Below are positions 26,983 to 35,900 of a stretch of 45,077 bases of DNA, in pieces. The stretch comes from a virus. Taxonomy: Duplodnaviria; Caudoviricetes. Position numbers and translations under genes: made by a program. Below the pieces are notes generated by a model that ran no database searches, was not told the DNA's origin, and saw nothing but the letters and a program-made list of their open reading frames with translations. The first letter of the stretch is position 1; each line of letters starts with the position of its first letter. The stretch is taken from IMG/VR virus record IMGVR_UViG_3300025018_000225, positions 1-45,077 of that record; one strand, 5' to 3'.

Positions 26983-27050
26983 GTTTGCGGTTTGTAGTCA
27001 GTGACGACAAAACGCAAATAGAAAACTAAGACAAACCGCAAACATGCCGA
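26976..27050. promoter_or_regulatory. Divergent switch region with a perfect 20-bp inverted repeat
   Basis: TCGGCATGTTTGCGGTTTGT (26976-26995) / ACAAACCGCAAACATGCCGA (27031-27050); AT-rich 35-bp spacer. Confidence 0.85.
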
Positions 27051-27054
27051 TACT

Positions 27055-28431
27055 ATGAGAATGGCAGCCCATACAGAGCTTGCGGAAAGACTACGCAAAG
27101 GTCTGAAATCAATGGGTCTTAGCGTAGCCGATGTTGCCCGTCGTCTTGGTGTGACACACCAGGCGGTGCAGTCGGTCCTAAGTGGACGGACACCCGGCAG
27201 GGTTCATCATCGGGAGCTTGCCGACATGCTCGGGGCCTTCGGCCAGCATGAGCGGGAGACCATCAGCGCGCGCATCAAGGAGGCGATGCAGCACGTCAAG
27301 CGCACCGGGTATTGGACTGGCGGCCACGTCCCGCCCGGCTGCATGGTGGTGGCGGATGGCCAGCGGCGGAAGCTGGTCGAGGATCCGGCCCATGCCCAGG
27401 CGGTGCGCCCCCTGTGGTCGTGGATCCTGTCCGGGGATGGGCTCAACGTCTGCGCGCGCCGCCTCCAAGACGCCGGGGTGCCGGCAGCGGGCTACACCGG
27501 GAAGCCGAGCCGCCGGGGGTGGACGCCAGCCATGGCCTGGAACCTGGCCCGGTCGCCCCAGGTGACGGGCCTACTCGTTGATGCGGCGACCCAGGCGGCC
27601 GCGGTTCGCACCCTGGCGACGCGCCAGACGCCCGTGCGTCGAGGATCTGCCCCCAAGCCGGGCGCCAGGGCCAGCGTGGCGTCGATCGTGGCAGGGCTGG
27701 CTCGCTGCCCGCTCTGCCAGTCGGCCATGGTGCAGGCCACGGTGAAGAACCGGCACGGGAGGAAGTACAGGTACTTCCGGTGCTGCCTGGCCAACAAGAA
27801 CCGCAGCCTGTGCCGGCAGAAGGACGCCCGAGTCGAGGAGGTCGAGGCCGAGACCGTGCGCGCCATCGAGGAGGCGGTCAACGGCGGCGCCTACCGGGAG
27901 ACCCTGCTGGCGGCCCGGAAGGTCAGCGTCGTCCAGGTGCAGGAGGCGCGGGACGCCAAGATCCGCCTGACCTCCGAGCGGGAACAGCTCGCCGGCCGGA
28001 TCTCCCATCTGGCGAAGACGGGGGCGGTCGGGACGGAGGGGTTCAATCTGGCCCTGGCCGCCCTGGGCGACGAGGCCAAGGCCATCGACCGGCGGCTGGC
28101 CGAGGCCGAGGGGATCCTGGCGGTGCGCGGGGTCGACGCTCACAACATCGAGCTCATCCTGGAGACGATCGCCGGCCAGGTCGCCAACCTCAAGGCCTAC
28201 AGCCCCGCGGAGAAAACGGCGGTATTGCGCGAGTGGATAGAGCGCGTCGAGGTCCATCCCGACCGCGTGGTCCTGTGGATGTACCAGCCGGAGGAGCCTG
28301 GAAACAAGAGCCCCCAGCCTTTCGGCCGGGGGTTTGCACCGGAAACCGGTATTGGTACTCCAAGGCGAACGGCATGCAAACCCCTGATGGTGGTGATCCC
28401 TCGGGGTTCCGTCGCCTGGGCACCGCGGTAG
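27055..28431 (+). CDS. XRE-HTH fused to a large serine recombinase C-terminal region (alphaE, recombinase, Zn-ribbon, coiled coil); catalytic domain absent
   Basis: GLSVADVARRLGVTHQAVQSVLSG, then MLGAFGQHERETISARIKE...GYWTGG..PPG, GLARCPLC..AM, YRYFRC...C. Confidence 0.85.
   Translation: MRMAAHTELAERLRKGLKSMGLSVADVARRLGVTHQAVQSVLSGRTPGRVHHRELADMLGAFGQHERETISARIKEAMQHVKRTGYWTGGHVPPGCMVVADGQRRKLVEDPAHAQAVRPLWSWILSGDGLNVCARRLQDAGVPAAGYTGKPSRRGWTPAMAWNLARSPQVTGLLVDAATQAAAVRTLATRQTPVRRGSAPKPGARASVASIVAGLARCPLCQSAMVQATVKNRHGRKYRYFRCCLANKNRSLCRQKDARVEEVEAETVRAIEEAVNGGAYRETLLAARKVSVVQVQEARDAKIRLTSEREQLAGRISHLAKTGAVGTEGFNLALAALGDEAKAIDRRLAEAEGILAVRGVDAHNIELILETIAGQVANLKAYSPAEKTAVLREWIERVEVHPDRVVLWMYQPEEPGNKSPQPFGRGFAPETGIGTPRRTACKPLMVVIPRGSVAWAPR
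28329..28384. other. Candidate attP
   Basis: GGGGTTTGCA-36 nt-TGCAAACCCC; the centre reads GGAGTACCA on the minus strand, like a tRNA 3' end. Confidence 0.6.
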
Positions 28432-28440
28432 GATGCCGCC

Positions 28441-29091
28441 ATGGGACTGGACGATCGACCGCAGAACTTCAAGCCGGGGAACCGGGCGGCCAAGGGTCGC
28501 CAGGACAAGGGCTGGCAGGGGCGGAAGCCGGGCATGACGCCGCGGATCGAGCGCTTCGCCAGGGAGTACGCCATCGACCTGGACGGGCCGGCGGCGGTCA
28601 TGCGTGCGGGGTTCAAGTGCTCGACGGAGAAGACGGCCGGATCCAAGGCGGCGCACCTCCTGGCAAACCCGAGGGTCGCGGCGCTGGTCGCTGACCTCAA
28701 GGCGAAGCAGGCCGACCGCCTGGCGATCAAGGCCGACCGGGTGCTCATGGAGCTGGCGCGGCTCGCCTACTTCGACCCGGCCGAGATAGGTCTGGCCACG
28801 ATCAAGAAGCCGGCCGACATCGCCAAGCTGCCCGAGGACGTGCGCCGGGCCATCGCCGGGTGGAGCTGGGACAAGAACGGCCGCTTCACCCTCAAGCTGG
28901 CAGCGAAGCAGCCGGCGCTCGAAGCCTTGGGCCGGCACCTCAAGCTGTTCGTCGACCGGGTTGAGGTCAAGAAAGTCGGCGGATTCGCCGAGCGGCTGGC
29001 GCGGGCGCGCGCTCGGGCGCAGGCTCGGGCTTCTTCGGCTGCATCTGCGCCAGCGTCGGCACCGGATCAGGCAAGTCCCGCCCCAGGATGA
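28441..29091 (+). CDS. terS: Terminase small subunit
   Basis: TPRIERFAREY.IDLDG..AV.RAGF...A...LL.NP.V...ADRVL.ELARLAY.D...ALEALGRHL; TAGGAT 6 nt before the ATG. Confidence 0.85.
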   Translation: MGLDDRPQNFKPGNRAAKGRQDKGWQGRKPGMTPRIERFAREYAIDLDGPAAVMRAGFKCSTEKTAGSKAAHLLANPRVAALVADLKAKQADRLAIKADRVLMELARLAYFDPAEIGLATIKKPADIAKLPEDVRRAIAGWSWDKNGRFTLKLAAKQPALEALGRHLKLFVDRVEVKKVGGFAERLARARARAQARASSAASAPASAPDQASPAPG

Positions 29092-29296
29092 GGTCGTCGG
29101 CATGGACGTCGAGGCCGAGCTGGACGGCGGCCATGAGTATCGCCGGCATGGCTTCGGACGGGATCAGGCCACGGCAGTCGCCACAGGCTCGCTTCTTCCA
29201 GCGGATGATCGTACAGGCTTGGCGCCCGGCCGCCTTGGCAACCTTGTAGTTGCTGCCGAACTGACGCACGATCCAGGCCGCTGGAGTGAAATGCAT
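28967..29296 (-). CDS. Cro-like HTH protein
   Basis: IVRQFGS..KVAKAAG...TIIRWK...GLIP....IL..A. Confidence 0.6.
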   Translation of the reverse strand: MHFTPAAWIVRQFGSNYKVAKAAGRQACTIIRWKKRACGDCRGLIPSEAMPAILMAAVQLGLDVHADDLILGRDLPDPVPTLAQMQPKKPEPAPERAPAPAARRIRRLS

Positions 29297-29339
29297 GGAC
29301 GTATAGAGTAGCCGGGTCGCCCAGAAGTGAAGGCGTGAA

Positions 29340-29801
29340 TCAGCGCGTGGTGCGCCAGCGCGCTTCCTGGGGGCTGTGCTGCTCGGTCGGCGGGTCGATG
29401 GCCGGCAGGTCGGCAGAGCTCGGTGTGCGGCGCGGCTGGAGCGCCGGGGCGGCTTCCTGATGGAAGGTCTGCGGCCGCGGCTCGGGCTTCTCGACCAAAC
29501 ACGGCCGGGCGACGAGGTGGTCCATGAGGCGGCTGAGGACTTCCTGGTTCTTCTCGGCGACGGCGGTGTTCCGTTCCAGGGCGCGGGTCGTCTTCTCGGC
29601 CATGTCCTGCATCGCCTTGGCGAAGCGGTCGGCGGCCTTGATGCGCTCCTCCTGGGCGATGGTCTCGCGCGCGAGGCTGGACTTGAAGGCTGATTCGAGC
29701 GCCTTGATCCGGTCCATGACCAGCCAGCGGATGAACCAACCGCAGGCGATCACGCAGAGGACGGGGAAGCCGAACTTTTCGGCGAGGCTCAGGAAGTCCA
29801 T
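29340..29801 (-). CDS. Holin-like membrane protein
   Basis: Single N-terminal TM (FGFPVLCVIACGWFI) plus coiled coil; end of the late operon. Confidence 0.5.
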   Translation of the reverse strand: MDFLSLAEKFGFPVLCVIACGWFIRWLVMDRIKALESAFKSSLARETIAQEERIKAADRFAKAMQDMAEKTTRALERNTAVAEKNQEVLSRLMDHLVARPCLVEKPEPRPQTFHQEAAPALQPRRTPSSADLPAIDPPTEQHSPQEARWRTTR

Positions 29802-29804
29802 GGG

Positions 29805-30599
29805 TCATGCCTTGGGGGGCTGCGGTTTGACGGTCTTGCCGCGGGCCTTGGCCACGGTCTTGAGGATGCCGGCGCGCTTCTGCGCCAGCCAGGCGCCGGC
29901 CTTCTCGGCGACGGCGTGGCCGCGGTCGTCGAGCTCGGACCCGAAGGTCTTGGCCTTCTGGACGGCGAGCTTGGCCTGGCCTTCGTAGGCGTCGGCGAGC
30001 TTGGCCCCGGCGATCACGGCGTCGGTGCGACGGCGCACGACCAGCCAGGCGACGATGGCGAGGACGGCGACGCCCAGGGCCACCGGGTAGATCCAGGCCC
30101 AGCGCAGCGATTCCCAGAACGCGACCAGGGCGCCGCATCCCAGAGCCCCTACGCCAGCCAAGGGCAGGGCGAGGCGGCCGGCACCCCAGGCAAAGCCGAG
30201 CCCGCCAGCGATGGCGCAGATAGCCATGCCGATGCCGGCGATCCAGTAGGCCTTGCGACGATCGTCGGCGATGCGCTGGCGGTCGGCGTCGGCCGCAGCA
30301 TCAGCGCGCGCCTTCTTCTCGGCCGCGTCGATCTTGGCCTGCTGGTCCAGCTCGATGCGCTCCCACTTCTCGCGCAGCTTGGTCAGGTTCTCAGCCAGGC
30401 GGCGGTTGTAGTCGGCGATATCCTTGTCGCCGGCGGCGTCCGCCTCAGCGGCGCGCTTCTCGGCGGCCAGCTCCTGCTGGCGCAGCAGGTCGGCCTCCTT
30501 CTTGGCAGGCGGATCGATGGGCTGGCGCGGCGGCGGCTGGTCGCCGCAGGCGGTCAACAGCAAGGCCAGGATGGCGACATGGACCTTGGGCAGGTGCAT
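29805..30599 (-). CDS. Lipoprotein with coiled coil and C-terminal TM helices (unimolecular-spanin-like topology)
   Basis: VAILALLLTAC lipobox; about 3 hydrophobic segments near the C-terminus. Confidence 0.55.
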   Translation of the reverse strand: MHLPKVHVAILALLLTACGDQPPPRQPIDPPAKKEADLLRQQELAAEKRAAEADAAGDKDIADYNRRLAENLTKLREKWERIELDQQAKIDAAEKKARADAAADADRQRIADDRRKAYWIAGIGMAICAIAGGLGFAWGAGRLALPLAGVGALGCGALVAFWESLRWAWIYPVALGVAVLAIVAWLVVRRRTDAVIAGAKLADAYEGQAKLAVQKAKTFGSELDDRGHAVAEKAGAWLAQKRAGILKTVAKARGKTVKPQPPKA

Positions 30600-30647
30600 G
30601 GACCTATGAGGTTGCGCGGTCGGTATGGGAAGGACCATAGGCCGCTA

Positions 30648-32849
30648 TCAGGTCGCTTCGCCGAGCGTCAGGGAGATCGAGGCGTTGCGGGTGCCGCTTG
30701 GGGTGAACCCGGCCGACGCCGCCACCTCAACGCCGATGTCCGTTCCGTCGGACAGGATGATGGTTCCTGGCGGGATCTGGACGGCCTTGTAGTACTCGCC
30801 CGTGGCGAACTGCACCGACAAGGATGCCACCGGCGAGCCGTTGCTGGTGATTGTGAACGTGACGGTGCCCGCCGTGGGGGCGCCCGTCATGCGGACGGAA
30901 ATGGCCAGGGCGTGCAGGGCCTTCTCGCCGACGTAGTAGACGATGTTGGCGGCCGGGCCGTTGGCGTTGACGGTGGCGCTGGCAGCGATGGCGAGCGCGT
31001 GGAACGGTAGGGTCCTGGTGCGGCCCTGGTAGACCCAGGAACTCATGGGCACGTTTGATGGAATGTTCCAGTTGATGGCGCAGTCGCGGAAGGTGTTGTT
31101 TCCGAGCGTGCAGGCGGTGACGCCGGCGCCGCTGATGTTCAAGCCGTAGGACGTGCAGTCCTGTAGGGTGTTGCCGTGGACGGAGGCCCGGCGGCAGAAA
31201 TCGCCCGTCGAGGCACCATTGCCGTTGATGATGATCCCCGTGGCGCCGCCGACGATGCGGTTGTCTTCGACCACCAGGTCGTTGGCGCTATAGCACCAGA
31301 TGCCATTGATGCCCGGCGAGAATACTTCATTGCCGCTGATCCTGATCTGGCGCGGGTTGTCGACGCCTTCCAGTCCGCCAGATGCACCCTCGACCGCAAT
31401 GCCATACTGGACCGTCGTGTCGATCAGGTTGTTGACGATGCTGATGCGGCGAACATTGACCGCGATGCCGATGCCGCGCGGGCTCACGGCCCCATAGATA
31501 TCGCGCACCACGTTATTGCTAATGACGATGTCCTGGCACGGGTTCTGCGCCGCGGTTGCGTACACGTCCAGGGCGACAGAACCGCAGTGGTTGACGGTGT
31601 TGCCGTCGATGACACCGCGGGAAGATCCAGCGCTCACATAGACCGCATGGCGGCTGATGTTGAAGAAGATGTTATCGGATACAGAGAAGCGGTCGCAGTC
31701 GAGCGCCAGCAGGAACCCGTATCCAGCCGACAAGTCATTATGGGAAATGATGTCGTGGGCGATGTTGCCGTTGACCAGGATGTCGGTGCAGGTCTGGAAG
31801 TGCACGCCGTAGATGCTGGCCGAGAACCCGCAGTCACGAACGCGCAGCCGGGACGAGTTCACCAGATAGACCAACCGCTCCGGGGTGGCCGGAGCGCTTG
31901 AGACGTTGGTGCCGATGAAGTCGACGCCCTGGATGTCGATGTCGCTTTCGCCATCGGCATGGAAGATGCCGGTCTGCGGGTTGCTGGTCAGCCGCAGGAT
32001 CGGGCGGCCGATGCCGACGACGGCGATGTTGGAGGCCAGTTCAACCGTCCCGGTGAAGGCGTAATCGCCGGGCGGGATCAGCAGCACGCCGCCGCTCGGC
32101 ATGGCGTCGACGGCATCCTGGAAGAAGGTCGTGTTGTTGGTGATGCCGTCTGCGACCGCGCCGAAGTCCTTGACGTTCTGCACGTCGGCGGCCCTGTTGG
32201 CCAGCGATCGGGCCGTGCTGCCGCCGGTGGACGTGACCAGCGCATCGCCCCACGGACCCATGGCGGCGCGCGCCAGGGCGAGCGTGGCGGCTTGGACAAC
32301 CGCCTCCATGGCGGCGCTGATCGCCGTGTTGGCGGTGCTGAACATGACCGGCTGCCCGGTTGTTGCATCATAGCCCTGGGTGCGTCCCTTGCGTTCGGCA
32401 AGCGGTGGAAGCAGGGTCAGGAGCTCGCTGCCAGCCTCGCTTTCGATGAGGCGCAGGCTGCGGTTGCGCTCGTCGACGAGCTGCTGGATCAGCATGATGG
32501 CGCGGTCGTGCGCGCGCTCCAGGACCTCGGCGCTGATCTTGCCCTGGCTGCGCAGGTTCATCGTCTGCGTGGCATCGAGGACGCGACGGATGGTCAGCTT
32601 GTGGCTGCCGGCGTCCGTGCCGTCTCCGGTCAGGGCTGCGGTCAGCGTGACATCGCCGCCATCGTCGGAGAGGACGCCGTCGACGGTGTAGTCGACGCCG
32701 TTGACCAGGGTCGTCTCGATGCCATCGAGGTCGACCTCGGTGACCAGCAGGTCGGCGGCGGTGAAGATCTTGAACTCATACGGGAAGACGGTCGTCGCCC
32801 CGTTGCCGTTGTAGGGACCGCTGCGGGAGACTTCGCTGGTGACCGTCAT
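30648..32849 (-). CDS. Tailspike with podovirus N-terminal anchor and right-handed beta-helix
   Basis: YNGNG.TT.F.Y.FKI anchor; NVKDFGAVADG; repeated I.GN/V.DN strands. Confidence 0.9.
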   Translation of the reverse strand: MTVTSEVSRSGPYNGNGATTVFPYEFKIFTAADLLVTEVDLDGIETTLVNGVDYTVDGVLSDDGGDVTLTAALTGDGTDAGSHKLTIRRVLDATQTMNLRSQGKISAEVLERAHDRAIMLIQQLVDERNRSLRLIESEAGSELLTLLPPLAERKGRTQGYDATTGQPVMFSTANTAISAAMEAVVQAATLALARAAMGPWGDALVTSTGGSTARSLANRAADVQNVKDFGAVADGITNNTTFFQDAVDAMPSGGVLLIPPGDYAFTGTVELASNIAVVGIGRPILRLTSNPQTGIFHADGESDIDIQGVDFIGTNVSSAPATPERLVYLVNSSRLRVRDCGFSASIYGVHFQTCTDILVNGNIAHDIISHNDLSAGYGFLLALDCDRFSVSDNIFFNISRHAVYVSAGSSRGVIDGNTVNHCGSVALDVYATAAQNPCQDIVISNNVVRDIYGAVSPRGIGIAVNVRRISIVNNLIDTTVQYGIAVEGASGGLEGVDNPRQIRISGNEVFSPGINGIWCYSANDLVVEDNRIVGGATGIIINGNGASTGDFCRRASVHGNTLQDCTSYGLNISGAGVTACTLGNNTFRDCAINWNIPSNVPMSSWVYQGRTRTLPFHALAIAASATVNANGPAANIVYYVGEKALHALAISVRMTGAPTAGTVTFTITSNGSPVASLSVQFATGEYYKAVQIPPGTIILSDGTDIGVEVAASAGFTPSGTRNASISLTLGEAT

Positions 32850-32911
32850 GGGAACGCCCTCGCTGCCAGCCTACGCGGATGGTCGGAAGCTGCGACGGTT
32901 CGGCTTTTGCA
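32850..32911 (-). promoter_or_regulatory. Putative late promoter 3
   Basis: TGCAAAAGCCGAACCGTC (32911-32894), 20 nt, TAGGCT, 18 nt, ATG of the tailspike. Confidence 0.75.
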
Positions 32912-32914
32912 GCG

Positions 32915-35900
32915 TCAGCGTCGGGGCGGTGGTCCGAAGATGATGGGCCGGATGTCGGGGCTGGGGTTCTCCAGCCACTCGACGGCGCCGGCGCCCATGG
33001 CCCAGGCTTGGCTGGAGGGCAGGCCGAAGGCCGACCCTGTCGCGTTGATGACGGCGCGCAGCAGGCCGACATCGAGGTCGCCCTGCATGGCCTGGTTGCC
33101 CAGCTTGGTCAGGTCGGCGAATGGCTTGGTTACGCCGGGGCCGCTGTAGTCGAAGCCGCTGAACATGCCGCCCAGCTCGCGCACCAGGACGGTCGAGCCG
33201 AGGATCGTGCTGGCGAACTCGATGCCGAGGCGCTTGGCGATGCCGTCCTTCTCGTCGGGCCAGTCGTCACGGGTCAGGCTGCGCAGGAGCACGCTGCCGA
33301 TCGTTGGGATGGCGGTGGCGAGCATCATGTTGCCCAGCGCGCCGGCCCAGGTGGCGAAGTCCTTGGGGTTGCGGCTGATCTTGGCGCCCTGGTCGTAGAC
33401 CTGATTGAAGACGAGGCTGCCGTAGGTGTAGGCGCCGGTCAGGATCTGGGCGTAGGGGCTGCGCTGGACGCCGGCGAGGTCCTTGGTCTGGCCTCCGCTC
33501 TGGGTGTCGAGGACGGTCTGGTCGGCGATGGAGACGGCGAGCTCGTCGGCGTGGCCCTCGTCGATTGCCTTCTCGTAGGCCGCCAGCCAGGTGGCGCGGT
33601 CGACGAAGCTCTGGACCTTCTGGAGCATCCAGAAGGCGTACTTGCCGACCATCGCCTGGAAGGTGGCGAACTTGCCGCGCTGGAACTGGCCCAGGATCTC
33701 GTTGATTTCGCGGGTCTGGGTGCGCTCGCGCTCGGCCATCATGGTCGACTTGCTGGGCACGAAAGCCCAGGCGGTCGTGCCGTCCTTGGCGCTGTAGAGC
33801 GTGGCGATGGCCTTGGCCATGCGGGCGGGGCCGACCCGGACGGCGCTGTTCGAGAAGCCGGTGAGCTGGAGGGCGGCTGTCGTCGCCTTGAATCCCATGG
33901 TGCTGATCGAGAAGCCGCGGCGCGCCAGGCTGATGCCCCGGGCGACGGCGTCGGGCATCTGCCCGCCGGTGGCGATGTCGGCGATCCACTGGCGCAGGGC
34001 CTTGGTCGTCGCGCTGCCCATGCGGCTGTCGATGGCGCCGCGCACGTCCTCATGCAGCAGGATCCGCATGGTGTCGGCGAGGGCCTCGCGGTGCGTCAGG
34101 TCGTGGATGACCTTGGTCAGGTGCTGGCCGATGACTCCGGGATCGAGGCTGAGCCGCCGGCCCTGGCCGATCGTGCGCTCCTTGGTGTGGCCGTGGGCAG
34201 TCTGGGTGCGGCCGAACGACAAGGCCATCATCTGCTTGGCCTGCTCGGCTCCACTGGCGTCGTCGCTGCCGACGATGATCCGGCCGGTCTCCTGCCCGTC
34301 GTAGGTGATCGGGAAGTAGCCGCCCTTGATGGTGCCGTGGTTCTTGGTCGGGAACGGCGAAGCGGCGACCTTGGCCGGAGCGACACCGGTGGCGCGCTGT
34401 TCGAGCGCCTTGATGTCGGACCAGTAGCTGTCGACGTGGCTCCAGATGTCTTCGACGAGGTTCCAGTCGGCGGCGTTGAGACTGTCGAGCACGGCCTGGA
34501 CCTGGGGCTCGGTGATCTTGCCTAGGCCCTGCCCGCCTTCCATGAGCCGGTTGCGGTTCCCTTCGTTGCCCCAGTTAAGCGCAACCATGATTGCACCTAG
34601 CCGGTCCAGCCCGCCCTTGAATCCGGCGAACGCGCGGCGCTCGCTGGTCTTCCAGCCGTCGCCCTTGGCCTCCTGCTCCCAGCGCTTCCAGATGGCCTCC
34701 TGCTTGTCCTTGGCCTCGCGCAGGCGCACGGCCTCGGCGTCGGCCGCCTCGTTCATGGGGCGGATCAGGGCGTCCCAGAATGGGCCGGCATCCTCGTCGC
34801 CGTCCATGACGCGGGCGATGTTGGCCGCCTTGCGGTGGTAGGCTATGAAGGCCGGACCCCATGAAGCCTTCGACCCGGCATCCGGCACGTTCTGCTTGGG
34901 ATGGGTGCGTGCCAGGGTGTCGCGCAGGGTGCCGGCGAGCTGGTCAAGCTCGCGCTCGCGCTGGGCCTTGGTGAGCTGGTTCTTGGTCTTCGCCAGGTGG
35001 GCGATGTGGGCCAGGGCATCACGCACGCCGCGCAGCTCGGCAAGCGGGGCCTGGCGCCAGTTGCGCTTCTGTGCGTCGTTGAGCACCTCGGGCGGGAGGT
35101 TGACCGTAGCGCCGGCGGCCTGCTGGATGGCGGCCCACTCGCGCAGGGATTGCCGGCGGTCTATGGCCTTATTTGTGACCCGGCGGAACTCGTAGCGCTC
35201 CAAAAGGGCATCGATCTGGATGAGGTAGCTGCTGGTCTCGTCGTAGCGTGAGCCGGGCACCTTCTCTGCGGCGGCCTTGGCCTCGCTTACGTTGGGGAAG
35301 TCGGCGGTCCTGCCGTCTGGGTAGGTGACGGTGTATTCCCACCCCCCGGCCTTGCCAATCCGCTTGCGGGTCTTGTCCTCGTTGAACTTCTTGGCGTAGG
35401 CCTGGATCTCGTCGGCCTCGCGCTTCGCGTCGATGGCGGCGCGGTAGAGCTCATGGTTGAGGAGCTCGGTCTGCTTGGCGTTCCAGGCGGCCGGGAAGTC
35501 CTGCTTGGCCAGGGCCTTCTCCAGCGCGCGGCGGGCCTTGCTCTCGGCCCGGGCGTAGAGGGACGGCAGCAGGTCCTTGGCCGGGGTGGCGTCGATCTTC
35601 CGCTTGGCGGCCTCGCGCAGGACCTCGATCGGGGCGACCTTCTTGCCGACCCGGGCGGCCAGGGCGCGGACCTCGGCCAGGTGCACGTCGGCGCGGCGCT
35701 CGTTGTGCAGGCTGGCCATGGCCTTCTCGGCGATGCTGCCGTCGGTGAGCATGTCGCCAAATCGCGCGCGCATGCGCTGGTCGGTCTCGGCCTCGATGAG
35801 CTCCTTCCGCGGGCGCAGGGTCAGCAGGGCGCGCAGCAGGGCGTCGCCGCTGTCGAAGCCCAGCAGGGTGGCGGCTTGGTCGACGGGGATGCCGCTCTCG

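Noticed and set aside
28340-28375. tRNA gene
   Set aside because: Only a short tRNA-end-like stretch, no cloverleaf
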